From assembly GCF_009914755.1 (NCBI RefSeq), contig NC_060925.1: a DNA stretch of 64,000 bases; one strand, 5' to 3'. The position numbers and the translations under genes are program-made. The notes beneath the pieces were generated by a model. The model was not told where the DNA came from and did no database searches. It was given only the letters and a program-made list of their open reading frames with translations. The DNA comes from the human T2T-CHM13v2.0 reference genome, Homo sapiens. The number at the start of each line of letters is the position of its first letter. Position 1 is the first letter of the stretch. Of the stretch, positions 59,421 through 64,000 are shown piece by piece.

Positions 59421-62400
59421 AAGAGACTAAATGTGGACTATTATCTCTAGGAGCTCAGCTGTGGAGGGAGGAAAATGTCAGGGCAGGGCCAAGATCAAGG
59501 GAAGGTTCATTTGAGAGGGGAGAGGTTGTATACATTTGCCTGCAGAGAATGAGCCAGCGGGGCAGGGGTGGGACAGGACAGAGGGACCCATCCCTCCAAC
59601 CCGCCATCTCCCTTCTCACCTGCCATGCTCCCAAAGTCTAATCCCTGCCCCCGCCAGGTCCCTGTCAGATCTGGTGTGAGACTGAGGGAGTCACTGCAGC
59701 AGGGTTAGCAAACCTAGAGAGCCACCCATCAGAATCTCACGACACCTTTTAATGGTATGATTTCTGTGATCCTCCCAGATCTACCTTCTCAGCGTCTATG
59801 GGGGCAAGGCCGAGGAATCGTCTTTGCAGAAGTTCCCTAGAGATTTCTGAGGCATTCAGACACCACTAACTCAACAAGCTTCATGTGTATACACCTGAGG
59901 CCCCTCAGGAAGCAGAAGGCTGGGCCCCGGCTCCCCCAGGACTGGCTGGGCCTGAGGCCCACCGACCACTTTTCCGCTTACACACACTGAGCTGTTTCCA
60001 ACAGTCTGAAAGGCAGACACTAATTTGCCAAGTTGAAGAAAAGGGGGCTCTCATTCCACCGGCTCCGCTCTGGCAGAACCACGACACTCAACTCCTTATC
60101 TCCTTATCTCCTTAAAGCCGTCTCCTTTACACAACAGGCCAGGAAGAATTGTGGGGAATCAAGCCCTGGAAGCAGCTGCTCCAATCGCATTCCCTGACAA
60201 AGACCACACGCAGCCAAATCCTGCAGGAGCATTGTGGCTGGTGCCATGGGCTTCAGTCTAGGCCCAGCACCCTGAAAAAAGCAGAATAACACCCAGAAGT
60301 TAAACACCCCATTGTCTGAGAACTAGGGAGGCTCATGTGTGCCCATCACTTCTTTGTTCAGACAGCTCAGCTCTTGTGAAATTGGTCCCATCTCCTGGAA
60401 CAGACAAGAATCCAGGCACTGGCCTGTCCATTCTTCTGAGGGGGCAGAGGGCACAGATGGGCATCTGATAGATACAAAAAGATGCCCTGACCCAGTGAGA
60501 CCTCTGCTTGGGGTGCAGAGCTGGGCCAGCACTCCATGCTGCAGCTGCAATGAAAAATGAGTCACCTTTGTGTTAGAGAAGAGACAGGAAAAGTGTCCTG
60601 GAGAAGGGAAGGCTTTGAGAGTAGTGTGCCACAATCAAAGGTAAGGAAGGAGCTGTCAACACGCAGTCCTTTCCATCCCTGCTAATCCAAAAGCAGCTTC
60701 TGTCCGCAGTCATGATATTCAGCCTGCTTTGACAGCTGGGGAGCTGGGTTTAGAGGCTCCAGGCAAAAGATCCAGGTAGAGGTCAGGTGAGCTCTTTCCC
60801 ACAGGAGGGGAAATGTGTCCCTTCTCAGCCCTGTGATCTAGTTAGACAGGTAGTCAGAGAGACAGAACACATGCAAACAGGCCCTCACTGATAGAGAGTA
60901 TGTCAAAGGCTGCTGAACTCCCCGGAGGAACATCTCTTAAATCTCTATTGTTTCAGAAATATAGTAAGCACTTAGCTGAAACTGACCTCTAGAAAAAGAC
61001 ACACTTGACCTCATCCACCTAATTCCCTCTGTGTTACACATATTCGTTTAATGTGGTTTGCATGTTAGGTGCCGATTGTTCTAAGAGAGAATAAAAGCAC
61101 CTTGATTGCTAAAATACACATGTTTGATATGGAAAGTCCTAAAGCTTTCTTCCTCCTCTCGAAACAGATACTGTAATAATCTGGTGTTCTTTGGGGAGGT
61201 GTTTTTATTTTTCTTTTTGTTGCTGCTGTTGTAAATTTTTTATGAAGCCCAAAGGTAACAAGAACTGTGATGGTGCTGGGCCTGCCTGGTACTCCTGTCA
61301 TGGGGTGCCCATCTGTCCCCCACTATAACATGGGAACCCGAAAGGCAGAGCCAGATGCCTGTCTGGGTACTTGGCAGTCCACAGGCACTGCTGCAATTAG
61401 CAAGCTGGATCATGATTCAGCATCTGACGCGGGCAGCCTCCACCAGAGCATAGCGGACAGCTTAAAAATAGCAAAGCCACGGCTGCATCTCTCTAGCCCA
61501 GGCTCCACACGAGGCAGGGCAGCTGCCGCCAGCAGAGCCTGGAGAGGGTCCCACCTCCCACCCACCCCCTCTCTGTCCTCCCCAGATCCACCTTCCAGCT
61601 GTGAAGGCTGAGTGGGAAGCAGAAGGGGCCGGCTCCCATCAAGCTCCCCCACGCAGAACACCCGATGCAGAAATGCCAGCGGTCTCCAGATCCACTGACG
61701 GGGCACCCAAGTGTTCTCAGGTTCAGGTCTTGTTTTAAATACACAAACGGAGGGACAATCAGCATGGCTCCCCCATGCCTCAGGCACCAAAACAACTGCA
61801 CACGCAGCTACAACCACAGGGGTGCTCCCAACTCCCCCTTCCCAGTTAGTGACCAGTGGTGAGGGTGGGTGTGTCTCCCAGCCTGAAGAAGAGAATGGAA
61901 AGAGGCGGACTTTGTGCTTGGAGAGGCCTGGGTACAAACCCATTTCACCCATCTGCCAACAGAGACCACCATGCCTCCTGCTTGCCTATCACCACCCCCA
62001 TCTGCGCCAAGTTAAGTAACTTCTCGGGGCCTCAGAGTCTGGTATGAAACAGAGCTAAAGATCGCTCATTGGCTGGTCACGTCGAGTGTAAATGAGGCAA
62101 CAGGCAAAGCACTGAGGAGGGTGCCCAGCCCAGACGAGTCTCCAAAAATAAACATCCCTTGCCTTTCCTATTTCCTTCCTAGTCATGGCTGAGGTCTGCC
62201 CTGGTGGACCACAGCCACAGTGAAACCAGGGCTAGGAGGACAGGCGGGGGCCTGGGTACCCAAGACAGAGATCCTCAAAGGGCCCTCAGTGTCCTACTGT
62301 TTCTCTAGTGTTCACTGAAGTCATGTTCTCTAGGTCAGTGATATTTTGTAGATGAAACTGCAATGTCCTCAGGGCTGATGTTGTCTTTAAAAATGTTCTT

Positions 62401-62439
62401 TCTACCCAGGAACCCAAAAGGAGATTTAAAATAATGGAG

Positions 62440-63180
62440 AGGGTTGCCATTTTTCTGAGAATACTATTATTGAATAGATGTCCCTTCTCCCCAAATTAAT
62501 CTACAAAATTAACAAAATGATTCCACAATTTATCTGGAAGAGTGATTTCATAGGACTAGCTGAGAACATTTTGAAAATGAAGAGTAATGAGTGGGGATTT
62601 GCTCTATCTGATTTTAAAAGGTACAAGTAGTAAAATAGTGTGGTTCTGGCACAGGAAGAGACATCAAATCAATGGAATATAACAGAAGGCCAAGAAACAG
62701 ACCCAAATATCTATACAATGTTAGTATATTATGAGGGTGTTATTTCAAAACATTGGGAAAAGGATAGACTATTCAATAAATACTGTTGGTACAATTGGCT
62801 AACCATCTGGATAAAAATTAACAATATCCTTACATTTCCCAGCACGCAAATTGACTAAATGTTTAAGTATAACAAATAAAATATGAAAAATACAGGTGAC
62901 TATGTAAATAACCTTGGGTTGGCAAAAACTTTCTAAGCCTAATACCAATACCGGTTTCTCTATGGCAGAAACCATAGAGAAAAAAAGTTGACTGCATTAT
63001 CATCAATGCAATTAAAGGCCAGTAAAAACTGCAAGAATGAACATTGTTGATATGTGAAAGGTCAAATATTTGAAAAGAGTTTTACAAATGAATAAGAAAA
63101 AGATAAAAACATTAGCGGAAAAACAGACAAAGAACATAAGCCCAGAATTCAAAACAATAAACACAAATAGCCAATAAAAA
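62440..63180 (+). mobile_element. Ancient L1M ORF2 3' fragment
   Basis: NQWNITEGQETDPNIY...WEKDRLFNKYCWYNWLTIW is homologous to L1 ORF2. Confidence 0.75.
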
Positions 63181-63199
63181 GAGGAAGGCTCTCTACACT

Positions 63200-63545
63200 C
63201 CAGGCACACTGGCCTTCTTTCAGGTTCTTGAACATTCTATGCTACCTCCCAACAGAAGACCTCTGTGCTGGCTGTTCCCTCCACTGAGAACACACTCTCC
63301 CTTGATCTTCACCTGGTTCAAATCTATCACCTCTCCACGCAAAGCTAACTTTTACCGGAAGCCTTCCTTGAGCACCCCGCCCAGCTGGACCAAGTGAGAT
63401 TCTCCTTCTTCTCCCTCATAAGCTCTTTCAAAGCTAAGTTGCTTTCCTTCATGGCACTTTTTACAGCTTGTACTTATTTTTGTGATTATTGGATTGTTTA
63501 TCTCCCCCACTGGACAAACTGCCTCTGTTTTTGCTGACCAGTGCA
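63200..63545 (+). mobile_element. L2 3' region relic
   Basis: CACACTGGCCTTCTTTCAGGTTCTTGAACA...GCTGTTCCCTC...GAAGCCTTCCTTGA. Confidence 0.6.
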
Positions 63546-64000
63546 TGTGCAGCACGATGGTGAAAAAAATTATAGGGTATGCACAAAATAGAATACAATA
63601 CGGTGAGTTACAATGATGCTCTAAAAGATTTATTTTTAAAAGATTAATAAAAATATGATATATTGTTAAGTAATACAAGTAGGTAACAAAACAATGTCTA
63701 TATACTATTTGGGGGGAGAATGAAGATATATAGAAAAGAGACACACATCACTTTTCTAACAGAGGGTTAGTGTGACATTTATTTTGTTAACGTTGCTCAT
63801 CCATATTTTCTAAAAAATTCAACAATGAATATGCATACATCTGCATATATATAGCTGCTTTTAATAAGGGAAAAAGCTTAAACCTAGCTATGGTTTCCCT
63901 CTGTAAACCCGTGAAGTCCCTGTGCAACTGCTGTAGGAACCACAGTGTGTTCCCTTTCCTTATCTTCTCCCTGACCCTTCTCCACCCTTCCAGCTTTATT

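Noticed and set aside
61267-62047. Cluster of 100-180 aa ORFs in GC-richer sequence
   Set aside because: No recognisable domain, overlapping in several frames, no exon evidence; expected from stop-codon scarcity

Overview
This is human (primate) genomic DNA, not a prokaryotic locus. The window lies inside the SUSD4 gene (sushi domain-containing 4), which is transcribed from the minus strand. It holds one protein-coding exon (12569-12781, 213 bp, phase 1-1, encoding the first CCP/sushi domain); the rest is intron dense in transposable elements. These include a dead L1PA (1-4378), older L1PB/L1M fragments, several Alus, MIR and L2 relics, hAT and Tigger MITEs, and about ten solo LTRs. Nearly all ORFs in the track are L1, Alu, LTR or microsatellite artefacts. 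I see no evidence for a new multi-gene system. The best leads are: (1) a human-specific pre-Ta L1 with a twin-priming inversion and perfect 16-bp TSD; (2) a MER41B/MER41A pair 3 kb apart, with and without the 43-bp STAT1 GAS cassette; (3) an unrecognised ~190-bp unit in three copies, one inside a hairpin between 32-bp direct repeats; (4) a 97-codon open read-through past the exon donor followed by AATAAA; (5) several unusual insertion or repair scars. Subfamily names come from recalled consensus sequences and need a RepeatMasker/Dfam check.
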